Below, piece by piece: positions 42,490-55,890 of a DNA stretch of 64,000 nucleotides. The translations under genes and the position numbers were made by a program. Under the pieces are notes generated by a model. It had not been told where the DNA came from, ran no database searches, and saw only the letters and a list, made by a program, of their open reading frames with translations. The stretch lies in the NCBI RefSeq assembly GCF_009914755.1, contig NC_060935.1; one strand, given 5' to 3'. Position 1 is the first letter of the stretch. Every line of letters begins with the position of its first letter. Source of the stretch: the human T2T-CHM13v2.0 reference genome, Homo sapiens.

Positions 42490-43200
42490 TGGTATCAGTC
42501 AGGATTCTTTTGTTGGAAGTATTGGTAAATCTAACTTAAAATGGCTTATAAAGTAGGAATTTATTTGCTTTTATAGTTATGAAGTCAAATAGGGGGCAAG
42601 CTTCAGGGATGGTTCAATCAGATTATCAGTTTGGTTTCTCTAATATATTCTAAGCTCTTTTCTTCTCCATTTATTGTCTTCTTCCTCTGCCTGGCTTTCC
42701 TTATGATTATTTTTTTAGTTATATACAGGGAGCAACAATTCATGTTCCCCCTCCCCATTCCCCACAAAACCATCAAATTGAATTCCTCATATTTGCTCTG
42801 ATTAGAATATTCCAGAGCCAATCACTGTAGTTACTGAAATATTATGCGCTATTCAGCTTAGTCATCACTGTGTCAAAGGGCGGGTGAGGGTACCTTGATT
42901 GGCTTAGTAGACCAGTCTACTGCCACAGGCCAAATTCACCCTGCTGCCTGTTTTTGTAAATAAAGTTTTATTAGAACACACCCAGAGTCTTTTGATTTAC
43001 TTATTGCCTATGGCTGCTTTCATGGTACAACAGAGTTGAGTAGTTGCAACCATCTGGCTCACAAAGCCTAAAATATTTACTCCCTGGTCCTTTTTGGAAA
43101 AGTTTGCTGATCCTTGGTCCATGTTTCTCCCCTAGTAGTCAATCCTGCCCAAAGCTTAAAGTTGCTGCAGAACAGGAAGAATGGATGTAGTAGGGAAAAC
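42490..43200 (-). mobile_element. Old MLT1 (J/K-type) LTR split by MER58A
   Basis: GTATCAGTCAGGATTCTTTTG...AACTTAAAATGGCTTA...GAGCCAATCACTGT...TGATTGGCTTAG. Confidence 0.55.
42912..43116. mobile_element. MER58A hAT-Charlie MITE
   Basis: GCCTGTTTTTGTAAATAAAGTTTTATT...CAGAGTTGAGTAGTTGCAAC...AAAGCCTAAAATATTTACT...AAAGTTTGCTGATCC. Confidence 0.88.
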
Positions 43201-43669
43201 TCTACAATCCATTAGAAAAATTCCTTTTCTGACAGTCCAATTCAGACAAATCCTTCAAGTTCACCTGGTACTACCTTTTCTCACTACCATAGAGAGGGCT
43301 GTGTTCCAAAGACCTCTCTCACTCTGTAATCCTAGTTGGCATTAATTTGCTGCCAGCAAGTCCCTACCCTACTTTACCTCCATCCCATCCCTTAGCCCAG
43401 TGTTATCCTTTTCTCTGGGTCTTCTGCTATACTGGGTTGCTCTGCTCAAGTGCCAAGAAATCCTTGCTGAAAATAAGGCAAACACAGCTGGGGTTACCCA
43501 GTCTTCCCTTTGTGCAGGGTGGCTCCATGGACACCCAATTACCCTAAATATTCCAGTTGAGTTTTCTCTGCCAAGTTTACATCCATTTTCTTGCCAATGC
43601 TTTCATCACATTCGAATACTATTTTCTTCTCCAAAATCAATGTGTTTGCTCTCTTTGGGAGGTAACTTA

Positions 43670-43910
43670 GGATAATGACTAACATTGGTAGTATACTAGG
43701 CTAAGGATATATATGCGATATCTCTTAATCTTCACAAAACTCTAAGAGGTAAGTTTTATTTATAGACACCCATTTTAGAGATAAAGAAATCAAGGCCTAG
43801 CTAGGTTCAATACTTTTTTCTGTAGTCATCATTTAGTAAGAGATGGAACAGATTTGAACCCAGGTCTGACTGAATCCAGAGTGCCAAGTACTTAACTTCT
43901 AAACCATATG
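43670..43910 (-). mobile_element. MIR SINE
   Basis: CCCATTTTAGAGATAAAGAAA...GATTTGAACCCAGGTCTGACTGA. Confidence 0.75.
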
Positions 43911-44479
43911 CCTCTTCTTGTTTCTATCACAAAAGCAACTGTCTCTAAAACATTTATCTGAATCCTGTCTAGTTCTTTTTCCCGTTTTTTCAGTTCTTCA
44001 AGGAACCTTGTAAACTAGATTCACAACCATCCCATCCTCTCCGGGTTGGTTCTGATATTGTCTTCTCAACAAGGTTCAAGAGTTTTCAGGTGAGTAGGTT
44101 AATCTTCTTCTTCTTCTTCTTCTTCTTCTTTTTTTTTAAGCTAGAACTAGAATATGCCCTTGGAGACCTTAATTTATATGCAACCAAATGAGGGAGAAAC
44201 AGTTGACCAGAGGCAGACTTAGGGCAATTGAACAACAGGTCCCCAGTGTCTTTCCTTGCTCACATCCAATATTCCCATCTTCTAGCAGGAGAGAGGTTCT
44301 CATTCCAGTGGGTCCTTTGTAGGAGTCCAGCATTCAGCACACAGGCAGGTGGCTGAGGCAATTCAGCCACGGCTTCTCCTTACCCTTAAACCAGCGGTTT
44401 ACATGAAACCTAGGAAAGTGAAGCTCAGAGAAGATAAATCTTGCTTCATGTGCTGTGTGCTAGTGATAGAACAGGAAAG

Positions 44480-44730
44480 CAGGATCACGTGATGATTAAA
44501 AGCTTGGGTGTTGAGGTCAGATGCATACGTGAATTCCAGTTTTGCCACTCTCTGGCTATGGAAACTGTCAAGGTACCTCAATTCTCTAGGTCTCACTTTC
44601 CATATCTTTAAAGTGGTGATTGTAGTAATACCTACCATATGGGGTTATTGGGAAGACCTAGTCAGGTAAAGCACATAGTCTTTCACATAAATGCCAGACA
44701 GGTAATAAGTGCTTATTAAATGCCAGCTAC
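44480..44730 (+). mobile_element. MIR SINE
   Basis: GAATTCCAGTTTTGCCACT...TAGTAATACCTACC...TAAGTGCTTATTAAATG. Confidence 0.75.
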
Positions 44731-45920
44731 AATTAGAGCCCAAGTGTCCTCCCCTGCCATGGATGGCTCTTTCCACTTCATGGGCACTGTCGTTGGTTGA
44801 GGTCATCCACGCTTCTCATTTTCCTCCTTAGGTTCACCATGAGGTACAGCCTTGTACCACCCCCCAGTGTCTCCTTGAATTTGCTGGCCTTGCGTCTGAG
44901 CTCAGTCTGGGATTCTGATGACACCAGTTGCCCAGCATGGCTTCCATTAACTGTAAGCATTTGTCCTCTCCTCCTTCAGAAACACTCTGTGCCCTGGAAA
45001 ATGAATGTCAAAACACCAGACCTGTTGCAAAGGGCTTTTTCTTCCCCTCACTTAAGAGTCCTCAGAGGTCAAAAGAAAATAGATTTAAATGTTTCCCAGT
45101 CAAATGCAGCCCTCACAGGGCTCTACAATGGACCCACGGTAGGAGCTTTTTACACCTTCCCCAGCCGCCAGCTGCAAATTGATCTAATATTGACTTCCCT
45201 GGGGTTTGCCTCAAGTCATTGTAGTCAAGAATAGCAGAGTGCATCTTCCATTAGTTGTGATTAGTGGTTAAAGCTACTTTTTTTTTCTTCCTTCGAAGGT
45301 GGAGGAAATAGGAGTTTCTCTTTGGAGAAGAGAACTGAGTGGAACATTCACTCTGCGTCTTTTTCCCCTGGGTTTGCCAGTTGTGATTGATGAAGTCAGC
45401 TTTCAATAAAACCTGTAACTGAACGGACAAATATCTAAAAATAAGTTCAAAGAGAAATAGAGAGAAGAAAAGGCTTTGACCATAAATCATTCATAGGATT
45501 CCTCACATGAGCAGAATAGAAACAAGACTGCCACATTCTCAGAATCACAGACCGCCACAGCCATAGACGAGAGCTCCTCTCTGGACTTGGAGAGGAAGGC
45601 CCGGCTGGGTGCGTAGGTCTCCTGACTCCCAGGTTGGAATCTTGGCTTGTATCCGCTGTACTGGCTCTACCACCCTGGAGACTATCAGCCTTACATGTAC
45701 CACTTTTATTTTCTCAAGCTGTTTCCCTCTCTGTAAATCGAGCATTGATCTCCCTGCATTATTTGAAAAATTATTGAAAACACTGAAAACATAAATGGAA
45801 ATGTGCCTGTGAGAAAGTGGCACCAGCACTTCATAGATTGACAGCAGATGTGTGTTGAATCTAGATAAAGTATACTTTTCTATTTTTGGCAGTGGAGGGG
45901 ATTATCTGACATTTTGAATT

Positions 45921-46254
45921 ACAGTACCCCCCACCCCAAGCCCGCCCAACCCTGCTTATCTATGGGTTTGCTCTATCACAGGTTTTAGTTATCCGTGGTA
46001 CAGTACAGTAAGGTATTTTAAGAGAGACCACATTCATGTAACTTTATTACAGTATATGGTTAGAATTGTTCTATTTTATTATTAGTTATTGCTGTTAATC
46101 TCCTACTGTGCCTAATTTATAAATTAAACTTTATCATAGCCATGTATGTATAGGGAAAAGAAACATAGTATATGTTTCTTTGGTAGTATTCAAGGTTTCA
46201 GCCATCCCCCGGGGGTCTTGGAACGTACCTCCCTTGGATAAGGGGAGTGACTAT
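45921..46254. mobile_element. MER2 (Tigger-derived MITE)
   Basis: GAGAGACCACATTCATGTAACTTT...GTGCCTAATTTATAAATTAAACTTTATCATAG...GGGGGTCTTGGAACGTA...GGATAAGGGG. Confidence 0.88.
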
Positions 46255-46286
46255 CTCTCCTCTCTATTAAATTTATCTTCATTTCC

Positions 46287-46582
46287 TTTTTTTTTTTTTT
46301 TGAGACAGAGTCTTGCTCTGTCTCCCAGGCTGGAGTGCAGTGGCATGATCTTGGCTCACTGCAGCCTCCGCCTCCTGGGTTCAAGTGATTCTCCTGCCTC
46401 AGCCTCCTGATTAGCTGGGATTACCGGCACGTACCACCATGCCTGGCTGATTTTTGTATTTTTAGTAGACACGGGGTTTCACCATGTTGGCCAGGATGGT
46501 CTCCAATTCCTGACCTCATGACCTGCCCACCTTGGCCTCCCAAAATGCCAGGGATTACAGGTGTGAGCCACTGTACCCGGCC
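46287..46582 (-). mobile_element. AluS (Sg/Sc/Sx3-like)
   Basis: Full antisense Alu with poly-T. Confidence 0.93.
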
Positions 46583-46762
46583 ATTTTCCTAATTGGATTT
46601 GAAGCACTCACAGGTGCTTAGAACACTTGTAGATTGTTTTGAGTCCACTGGGTTATTGACTCTTTTTTGTTCAGTGCCCACAGCTGACCTTATGTGTGTT
46701 ATGGCCTGTATATCTTTTAAGTGGTCATGTATAACATGTACTGGCTGGATCAGAGGAGGTAA

Positions 46763-47243
<481 letters not shown>

Positions 47244-47619
47244 ACACTAGGATTTTCTACAGTCCAGGTTTCCTTTCCCAAAACTGTGTAAGGCGAGTAG
47301 AGCAGATATCATTCTCACCTACATTTTTCAGGAATGAAACTTGAGATTTAGAAATTTTATTAACTTGTCTATGTCACAGAGTAATTGAATGGAAAAGCCA
47401 AAGACTAAAGCTTGAGTTTCTTGAGTACCTTTCCAGGGTTATTTCTACCATCAGTGGATCAGGGAACAGCAGCTTATGTAAAAACCATCACTAGCCCATG
47501 ATCTGTAGCTCTACTCTGCATCTAATTGCCAATGGACAAGTCAAGGGAAAGATTGATTGTCAAAATGAAACGTATTTGTAAACAGGCTGGTTAATTAGGT
47601 TAATGGAACTTAATGTGGG

Positions 47620-47830
47620 GATGACATTTTACAGTTTCTAAAATGCTTTCATATGCACTATCTCACTTGATCTTAGAAACAGGCCTGAGGGTAAGCTTAC
47701 TGTTACTATTTTGCCCATTTACTGTTGGAAAAAATGAGACTTGGAGTAGTACAATGACTTAACCCAAAAGCACATGGACAAAAAATGTTGGAAGCTACAT
47801 TCACGCCTGTTCTATCAATTCTTTCATATT
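47620..47830 (-). mobile_element. MIR SINE
   Basis: GCTTTCATATGCACTATCTCACTTGATC...CCCATTTACTG...AATGACTTAACCCAA. Confidence 0.65.
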
Positions 47831-48334
47831 TCTGTTAAACTCCATCTAGTAATGTACAGGTAAGATATTTTTAGTAATAATCATCAATGAGATTATGTAT
47901 TTAATAAATTTTCACATGCCAAACCCAGTGCTGGGTGAAGTGTGATTAAATTATTAGTTAAATAAGCCAATACACTAAATATGTAAATTGTGCTAATTAA
48001 CTAAAAAATACACTACTAGCTATTATTGTAAAAATGAGATCAATAACAACTAATTCTTTCCTTCAATTCCTGGGTCTTATGTGTTTGTTTCTTTCTTAGT
48101 TGCATCTGTTGGTTCCTTGATGGTTTTCTTCCCATATGTGCCTAAGGGTGCTAACACTCATCCACTCTGAAAACCCATCCAGGTCAGCTTCCTCCACCTC
48201 TGCTTCTAACCCTCCCACTTCCCTGAGATTCTCCTGGAGTTGTTTAGCTGCTCGGTCCCTTCATAATGATTTCTTGACTTTGATTTTACCATCTCGTTCA
48301 GATATTGACTCCTGACTGCCCCTCTTGGCTCTAT

Positions 48335-48520
48335 GTACTAGGTGCCTGGCTCTATGGCCAAGATGCTTAACCTCTCCAAACTTCAGTTTTCCTCGTCTCT
48401 GCACTGGGAATAATAATAGTACCTACTTGGTAGGGTTCTAAAGAGGATTAAATGGGGTAATAAATGTAAAGTTCCTAGAATAAATACCCAGTAAATGCTA
48501 GCCATTTGTATTTCTATTAT
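48335..48520 (+). mobile_element. MIR SINE
   Basis: CTTAACCTCTCCAAACTTCAGTTTTCCTCGTCT...AATAATAGTACCTAC...GAGGATTAAATG. Confidence 0.78.
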
Positions 48521-50351
48521 AGCCTTTACATAAGTGATATATCTCCTCCATATTTTCCTGAGTTGCTAGAGCCAGGCTGGGTGTGGCACATACCCCTAGC
48601 TATCTAAGAGGTGATCTGCACAGGATCTATGAGGACTATAAGCAGGTACACTTTCTGAATGAACCCATGTGTTGTGGAATTGCTCACATATTGGTTAAGT
48701 TTGCCTCTTAACCTCTTGTTTTCAAAGCCCACCAAATTAACTCTGGGTGCTGATGCTCATAGCTCCTAGACCAGGTATCACCTTCCCCTTCCACATCGAA
48801 GAGGTTTCCTAGGGACCTTTTTGCTTAGGGCTTTCGATCCAGGATCTCTGGGGACAGCCAGCCTCTTATAAACATACAGGATATATCCCACCTTTGAAAG
48901 GCTTTTGGGAGTGCAAGGGGCAGGGAAGTGGGGAGTGGACAGCTTTGCTTACTTATATGGATTGCTTTTTGTTACACACCCGAGTTTATAAGGAAATGCA
49001 ATTTGAGCTGCCATTATGTTTTAAAAAATCAAGACACTCAGTTATAAAACATAGAACATATAATTAACTTTATTGAGCAGAACAAAGCATTTTATAAAAA
49101 CTCACTCAGACTGAATTAATATAAGGATACTTAGCATAATGTGTATAGTTTAAATTACCGCCTACTAATCATCAAGCAGTTGAGTGGTAAAGTTGTTAGA
49201 CTTTCAATTTGCAAACAAGTAGATGGAAAGGCCTATTTTTACTTTCCGATGATTAGATAGAGCACACATTTGTCCAATCTCAGTGTGTGTGGGTTCACAT
49301 CAGAGAGATAGGGCTCTGTTCTAAGTCTTGATATCTTAGGTTGGTGACATTGTTCTGCATGCCGTGTTTCATGCCCAGTATGGGAAAATGGGCAATCTGG
49401 CTTCTTGTCCCATGCAGTCACTATCTCCCTTTACCTAAGATCCCCTGAACCCCACCTGCAACCAAGTTCCCCTTCCCATCTACATCCTGTTACTAATTCT
49501 TATCCCAAATGAAAGATACATAAAGAGCTGTAATCTAAGCCTAACAACTTAGATTCAGCTTCAGGTTACGCTTTCTGCTTACTGACATGTCTCTTTATGC
49601 TGTCAGTCCCTTCTCCTGGACTTCCACATATTTCCAATTCCAGGTGCACCATCATAAAAAATTCTACCTGCTTGATTTTCACTTCCATCTTTTTCATACA
49701 AAAGTTTCCAAATTCAGGGAAAACACAACAAGGGATGAGAAGGCTATATTTATCCATCTGAACAGCCTGTCCTATTGGGGAGAAAATAAAAAAGATTTGG
49801 AAATAAGAGGGTAGTCTCAGCTTAAGCACAGAGGCATTTGTTTATATTATACTGAAAAGTCCAAAGGTAGATATTTCTGAGCTTCAGGTGGGTCGATATG
49901 GTGTCACTGGGCTTCTACTTCTCTTCTCCTCTCTGCTATCTGCTGTAATGATTCCATTCTTAGATAGGCTTGTCTTTCATAGATGGTTGAAACCCCTCTT
50001 CACCTTATTTCCTCTCACCGTAAGTGTCTCATTGGGTCTAACTGGTTCTCATGTACCCACCTATGAACCATGGCTAGGCATTCACAATGTATTGTTTAGC
50101 TTAAGCCAATCAGGATTACATCTGGGCCTCAGTGCTCTTATCTATAAAATAGGCATCAGACTAGAACAAATTTGTCCAACTCTTATTCAGGAATCTACTG
50201 ATTGTGCAGAACCCCTTTAGGGACTATCAGGGAGAGAGGGACACGGTCCTGGCTTTTAGGAAGAGATGGGTCAAGGCTGCCTCTCCTTTACCACTGCTTC
50301 AATCAGATCAGATTTTATTTCTTCTGTTTTTAACGTGGAGCTTTCTAGTGA

Positions 50352-50864
50352 ATAGATCAGTTAGCTTCTGCTGCATAACAAAATGTGCCAAAGCATAGTG
50401 GTTTAAAACAATCATTGTTTATTGAGTGTATGTTTCTGTGGGTCAGCAATTTGGGCTGGGCTCAGCTTCACCTTGTCTCAGCTGGAATCACTCATGAGAC
50501 CAAGGGTAGCTGGCTGGTCGGTTTATGATAGCCTTGACCGGGCTGCCTGAGATGATTAGACCTCCCTTTATGTGATCTATTATTGTCTAGCAGGTCAGCC
50601 TGGGCTCATTCACATGGCCATCTTAGGATTCCAAAGTTCCTGCAGGAAAATAGGATAAGCTGCAATGGGCAAGTGCTTTCCAAGCCTCTGCTTGCATCAA
50701 ATTTGGCAATATTTCATTGACCAAAACAAGTAACAGGGCTAAACTGAGATTTAAAAGATGAAGAGAAAGACTTTGTCTCTTGATAGAAAAAGCTGTAACA
50801 ACACAGTACAAAGACATGCATAAAGGACTGGAAGAATTTGGGGCCATTTTTTTGCAATCTACCA
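50352..50864 (-). mobile_element. MaLR solo LTR (MLT1H-like)
   Basis: CAGTTAGCTTCTGCTGCATAACAAA...GGTCAGCAATTTGGGCTGGGCTCAGCT...GGCCATTTTTTTGCAATCTACCA. Confidence 0.82.
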
Positions 50865-51449
50865 AGATAAACTTGAACATTTGAAGAAAGGGTGTTATAT
50901 TTTTAAAAGTTAGAGAACTCCGACCAGAGGGTCTCTAAGAATTTTCCTGATTGACTGTCTCTAAATTTGATTGCTCTTGTAATTTTGTACCTTACTACTT
51001 GTCCAGTATTCCCAACCTTCCCCTCTGCCTTTCTTGGAATATCTGTCACAGCTTGAGGATCCAATAAATGAAAGCCAATTAGTCTGGTCCAGGTCTGTGA
51101 CCTAATTCAGTGTGAGCCTCCAATTCATGCATACAGTAGGAAACATGTTAATTTATAACTTGCCCCACTTTAAAAGTTTCAATCTTAACTTGAGCCAGAT
51201 TTTATGTTTTTTTTAAACTGAGGTCTTTGATGTATAGGCAAGAGCTTCGCATCTTAAATAAATAACAGGTCAGATTCATATTTAGAGACATGAACCAGGA
51301 GCGGTACAGTTTTTATTGCTAAGAATACTTTGTGCTGGTTTCTAAATTAGCAACCCTCCCAAGAAGCCTGGGGGTTCCTCCTTTTCATGACAGATGAAGA
51401 CTGTATATGAGTCTTCAATGTGTCCATTCATCTCTTAGCCTGGCAATCT

Positions 51450-51870
51450 ATGGCTTAGCCACACTGAACTGTTTGGAGTTCCTGAATGCTCTATGCTTCT
51501 CCTTGTCTCTATGCCTTTATTTATACTTTTTCCTCTGCCTGGGACACCTTCCAAATGCTTCACTGGGTCCTTTTCATCTGGATATTTTATTCATGTTCTT
51601 GAGGCCCTACCTCCTCCCATAAGTCTTACTAACTTAACACTCTACTAAGCCACAGTTAAAGGCCCTTTCTCTGTGTAACCTTGACATCCTATACTTAACC
51701 AGTCAAAGCAATTGTAAATTGCCAAAGTACTGTACTATAATTGCCTCTTTTCTAGACTCTATTCCCCTCTAGTCTGTGAGCTTTGGGAGACAGGGACTCA
51801 TCACAGCTATTGTAACAGGGCTTGACTTACAGCATATTGTCTATAGACATTTGCTGATTGAATTAAATAT
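51450..51870 (+). mobile_element. L2 3' fragment
   Basis: CCACACTGAACTGTTTGGAGTTCCTGAATG...CTAGTCTGTGAGCTTTGGGAGACAGGGAC...ATTTGCTGATTGAAT. Confidence 0.75.
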
Positions 51871-51924
51871 CTTTGCTTCACTTATATTTCCCTTATTTTC
51901 AGAAGGGTGAGCCAACATATTATT

Positions 51925-52100
51925 TAATAATAACAACTAATATGTATTGAGTACTTACTAACTATTGTACATCTATTTTATTTGCATTATCCCATTTAAT
52001 CTGCCAAAAATTCAATGAGGTAAGTATTATTATTAACATTATTATTATTACCCCTAATTTAGAGATGAGGACACTGAAGCACAGAGCAATTAACTTAGCT
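51925..52100 (-). mobile_element. MIR SINE
   Basis: TATTGAGTACTTACTA...AGATGAGGACACTGAAGCACAGAG. Confidence 0.78.
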
Positions 52101-52114
52101 AAAGAAACATATTT

Positions 52115-52600
52115 TTATCAGTTAGGATGCTTCTGGATGCAAGCATCAAAAACCCAAAGTAAAATAATTTTTTAAATATGGATGATTTATTTTCTCATAT
52201 AACAGTAAGTTCCCTCTAATGGTGGCTCCACAGAGCTGGGTAACTCAGCAGGTTAAAAATTTTATCTAGAATCCAGGCTCTTTCCATCTTTTTGTTCTGC
52301 CTTCCTGTTTGTCAGACCCATCCTCAGACAAACTCATCTAATAAAAATCAAAGTTCCAGGCTTCACATTCATGCAGAACCACATCCAGTAAAGGAAGAGG
52401 AGAAGAGAGATGACTCTTCATCAACAAGACACCTTTAACAGCAGCCACCCAGTGGAGTTCCACTTCTATCTCATTGGCCATACTGTATCACATGGTCACC
52501 TCTTAACCAATGCGTGAAGGAAGAATGAGATTACGTCTAGATTTATCGGGGAACCAAGGATAGAGCCACCAAGGAGAAGGCAAACAAAATAATGGCCTGT
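52115..52600 (-). mobile_element. Old MLT1 (J/K-type) LTR
   Basis: TATCAGTTAGGATGCTTCTGGATGCAAG...TCTCATTGGCCATACTGTATCACATGGTCACC. Confidence 0.65.
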
Positions 52601-54282
52601 AGCAAAAAGTGAGGGTTGAAGTAGGAAGGACGAAGTTTTGGGTAAATAGCTCTTGATGTTTGCTAAAGTGTGCAAGCCAAATTTAAAAATCAAGCAATCT
52701 GACTGCAGAATCAGCATTTCTATACATTTTAGATTTAAGATATCAAGTTCTCTAAAAATTATGCAAGGCCTTTAACTGGTGTTGCGTTGAATCTATAGAT
52801 CAATTTGGGGAGAACTGACATTTTACAATATTGAATAGTATGTTTTATTGAATGTTATGTTTATTTTTTTACTTAGGTCTTCTTTAATTTCTCTCAGCAA
52901 TGTTTTATGAATTTCTGTGTATAGACTGCACATATTTTGTGAAATTTAACCCTGAATTGTGGTTTTTGATTCTATTATAAATAACATTATTGGTTTTTTA
53001 AAATTTCAGTTTTAGTTACTTGTTGCTAAACTATAGAAATACCATTGATTTTTATATTTGAACAAATATCCTCTAACTTCACTAAAGTCACTTATTAGTT
53101 CAAATAATTTTTTGAAGATTCGTTGGGAGTTTCTACATAATCATATCATTACAAATAAGGACAGTTTTACTTCTTCTGTTCCAATCTGTATGACTTTCAT
53201 ACCTTTTTCTTTCATATTTCAGTGGCCAGAATCTCCAGTAAATGGTGAATAAAAGTGATGAATGTTGACACCTTATCTTAGGAGGAAAGTATTCAAGTTT
53301 TACCATTAAATATGATATTAGTTGTAGGTCTTATAATGATTTCTATTTTTTCAGTTTGAGAAAGTTCTATTCTGTTTCTTGTTTAGTCAGAAGTTTTATC
53401 ACAAATAAAAAATTTTGTCAAATGCTATTATGTATCTACTGAAATGATCTTACAAATTTTCTTTTGAATCTGTTGATATAGTAAGTTATATTGATTGGCT
53501 TTTGAATGCTGAACCAACCTTGCATTCCTGAGATTAACCCCACTTCATGGGATTTTGATTTGCTAATGTTTTGTCAAAGAATTATTGCTTTTCCATTTAT
53601 GAGGGTTATTTTTCTGCAGTTTTCTTATATCTCTGTCATGTTTTGGTATCAGAGTAATGCTGGCCTCATAAAATAAGTTGGAAAGTTTTATCTCCAATTC
53701 TACTTTTGGGGAGTTTGTGTAGAATTGATATAACTGGTATAATTTCTTCCTCAAAGATTTGCTGGAATTTGGCAGACAAGCTATCTGAGCATACATAAGC
53801 AAAAAGTGTTTCTGGTGAGGCAGGATGGAGGGTGGTGGGAAGGATTTAATAACACATATTTGTTTTTTAAAATTTTTATAGTCAGGGTTATCTATTTTTT
53901 CTTGACTGAGTTTTGGTAATTTGCACCTTTCAAGTAGTGTGTCCATTTGATTTGAATTTATTGACATAAAGTTTTGTATAACATATCATTATTATCTTTT
54001 TGAGATCTGTAGAATCTGTAGTTGTGTCTTTTTTTCCCCTAACATTGGTATCTCCTTCCTCTCTCATGCTCTTTTTTCCTTGATTAATCAGCCAAGAGTT
54101 CTATCAATTTAATGATTTTTTCATAGAACTAGTCTGGTTTTATTGACTTTCTGTATAAATTTTCTGCTTTAGAGATGGATGATTTCTACTCTTACCTTTA
54201 TTACATTCTTTCTTTTGCATGCTTTGGGTTTTGCTCTTCTTTTACTAGCTTCTTGAGATTGAAACTTAGATTATTGATATTC

Positions 54283-54581
54283 TTTTTTTTTTTTTTTTTT
54301 GAGATGGAGTTTTGCTCTTGCTGCCCATGCTGGAGTGCAATAGCACTACCTTGGCTCACTGAAACCTCTGCCTCCCTGGTTCAAGCGATTCTGCTGCCTC
54401 AGCCTCTTGAGTAGCTGGGATTACAGGCATGTGCCACCATGCTGGCTAATTTTGTATTTTTAGTACAGACAGGGTTTCTCAATGTTGGTCACGCTGGTCT
54501 TGAACTCCCGACTTCAGGTTAACCACCTGCCTCAGCCTCCCAAAGTGCTGGGGTTACAGGTGTGAGCCACTGCGCCCAGCC
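54283..54581 (-). mobile_element. AluSp
   Basis: GAGTTTTGCTCTTG...GGAGTGCAAT and TTTCTCAATGTTGGTCA diagnostics; degenerate TSD TAGATTATT...TTCT (54267-83 / 54582-97). Confidence 0.92.
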
Positions 54582-54631
54582 TAGATTATTTATTTCTAAT
54601 ATAAATATTTAATGCTATTTATTTTCTGAAC

Positions 54632-54826
54632 AAGAGGGTAACAAATATTTTCTGTAAAGAGCTAGATAGTAAATACTTTTAGACTTTGCAAGCTATAAAT
54701 TGTTCCTGTCAAATAATGATCATTGTCATCCTCTTTAACTTCTACTTCTTGTTTTTTTATTTTTACAATTATTTAAAAATGGAAAAACTATTATTGGCTT
54801 GAAGGCTATAGTTTACTGACCTCAGC
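54632..54826. mobile_element. MER58B-type hAT MITE
   Basis: TTTCTGTAAAGAGCTAGATAGTAAATA...TTTAAAAATGGAAAAACTATT...TATAGTTTACTGACC. Confidence 0.7.
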
Positions 54827-55478
54827 TCTAAGTGATTCTTTAACCACAGACACAAACTTTGATACATTGTTTTCATTTTCATTCAATGCAAAGCGTTTTC
54901 TAATTACTCCTGAGTTATCCTCTTTGACCCACATATTATTTAGAAATAGGTCATTTAATTTCTAAATATTTGGGAATTACGAAAATATCTTCCTGTTGTT
55001 TATCTCTAATTTAATTTTGTTTCTGTAAGAGAGCATACTTAGTATGATTTTAATACTTTTAACTTTGTTAAGGTTTGTTTGATGGACTGGAATATGGTCT
55101 GTTTTAGTGAATGTTCATTTACACTTGAAAAGAATGTATATTCTGCTCTTTTTGAATGTCACGTTCTATATATAAATGTCAGTTATATCAGATTGGTTCA
55201 TAGAATTGTTCAGGTTTTCTTGATTCTTATAGATTTTATGCCTACTGGTTCTATTTATTGCTGAATGAGAGGTGTTGAAGTTCCCAGCTATAATTTTGGC
55301 TTTGGACTTGCTTTTTTATCCTTCAGTCCTATCAGTCTTTCCTTCATATATTTTAAAACTCGTTCAATGGATGCTGATTTAAGACTGTTATGTCTTCTTG
55401 ATGAATTGATCCTTTTGTCATTATTTAATATCCCTCTCTATCTCTGGTAATATTTCTTATTTAAAGTCTACTTTTTCT

Positions 55479-55845
55479 TGCAGCCATAAAAAGGAATGAG
55501 ATCATGTCTTTTGCGGGGACATGGATGAAGCTGAAAGCCATCATCCTCAGCAAACTAACACAGGAATAGAGAACCAAACATTGCATGTTCTCACTCATAA
55601 GCAGGAGCTGAATAATGAGAACACATGGACACAGAGAGGGAAACAACACACACCGGGGTCTGTCAGTGGGATGGGAGGCAAGGGGAGGGAGAGTATCAGG
55701 ACAAATAGCTAATGCATGCAGGGCTTAAAACCTGGATGACGTGTTGATAGATGCAGCAAGCCACCATGGCAAACGTATACCTATGTAACAAACCTGTAGG
55801 TTCTGCACATGTATCCCGGAACTTAAAGTAAAATTTTTTTAAAAA
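55479..55845 (+). mobile_element. 5'-truncated L1PA8-10-type 3' end, no TSD
   Basis: GCAGCCATAAAAAGGAATGAGATCATGTC...GGACAAATAGCTAATGCATGCAGGGCTTAAAACCT...GAACTTAAAGTAAAAT. Confidence 0.9.
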
Positions 55846-55890
55846 GCTGAAATTGTGATATTCGATTTTTTAAAAAATCAGGAAACAACT

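Noticed and set aside
44349-44370. Perfect hairpin GTGGCTGA-GGCAAT-TCAGCCAC
   Set aside because: Single 8-bp-arm hairpins are expected by chance several times in 64 kb.
44797-45234. 145-aa ORF in non-repeat DNA (also 10551-10967)
   Set aside because: Both begin at TTG rather than ATG, have no recognisable domain and lack convincing splice context. Their lengths are compatible with chance.
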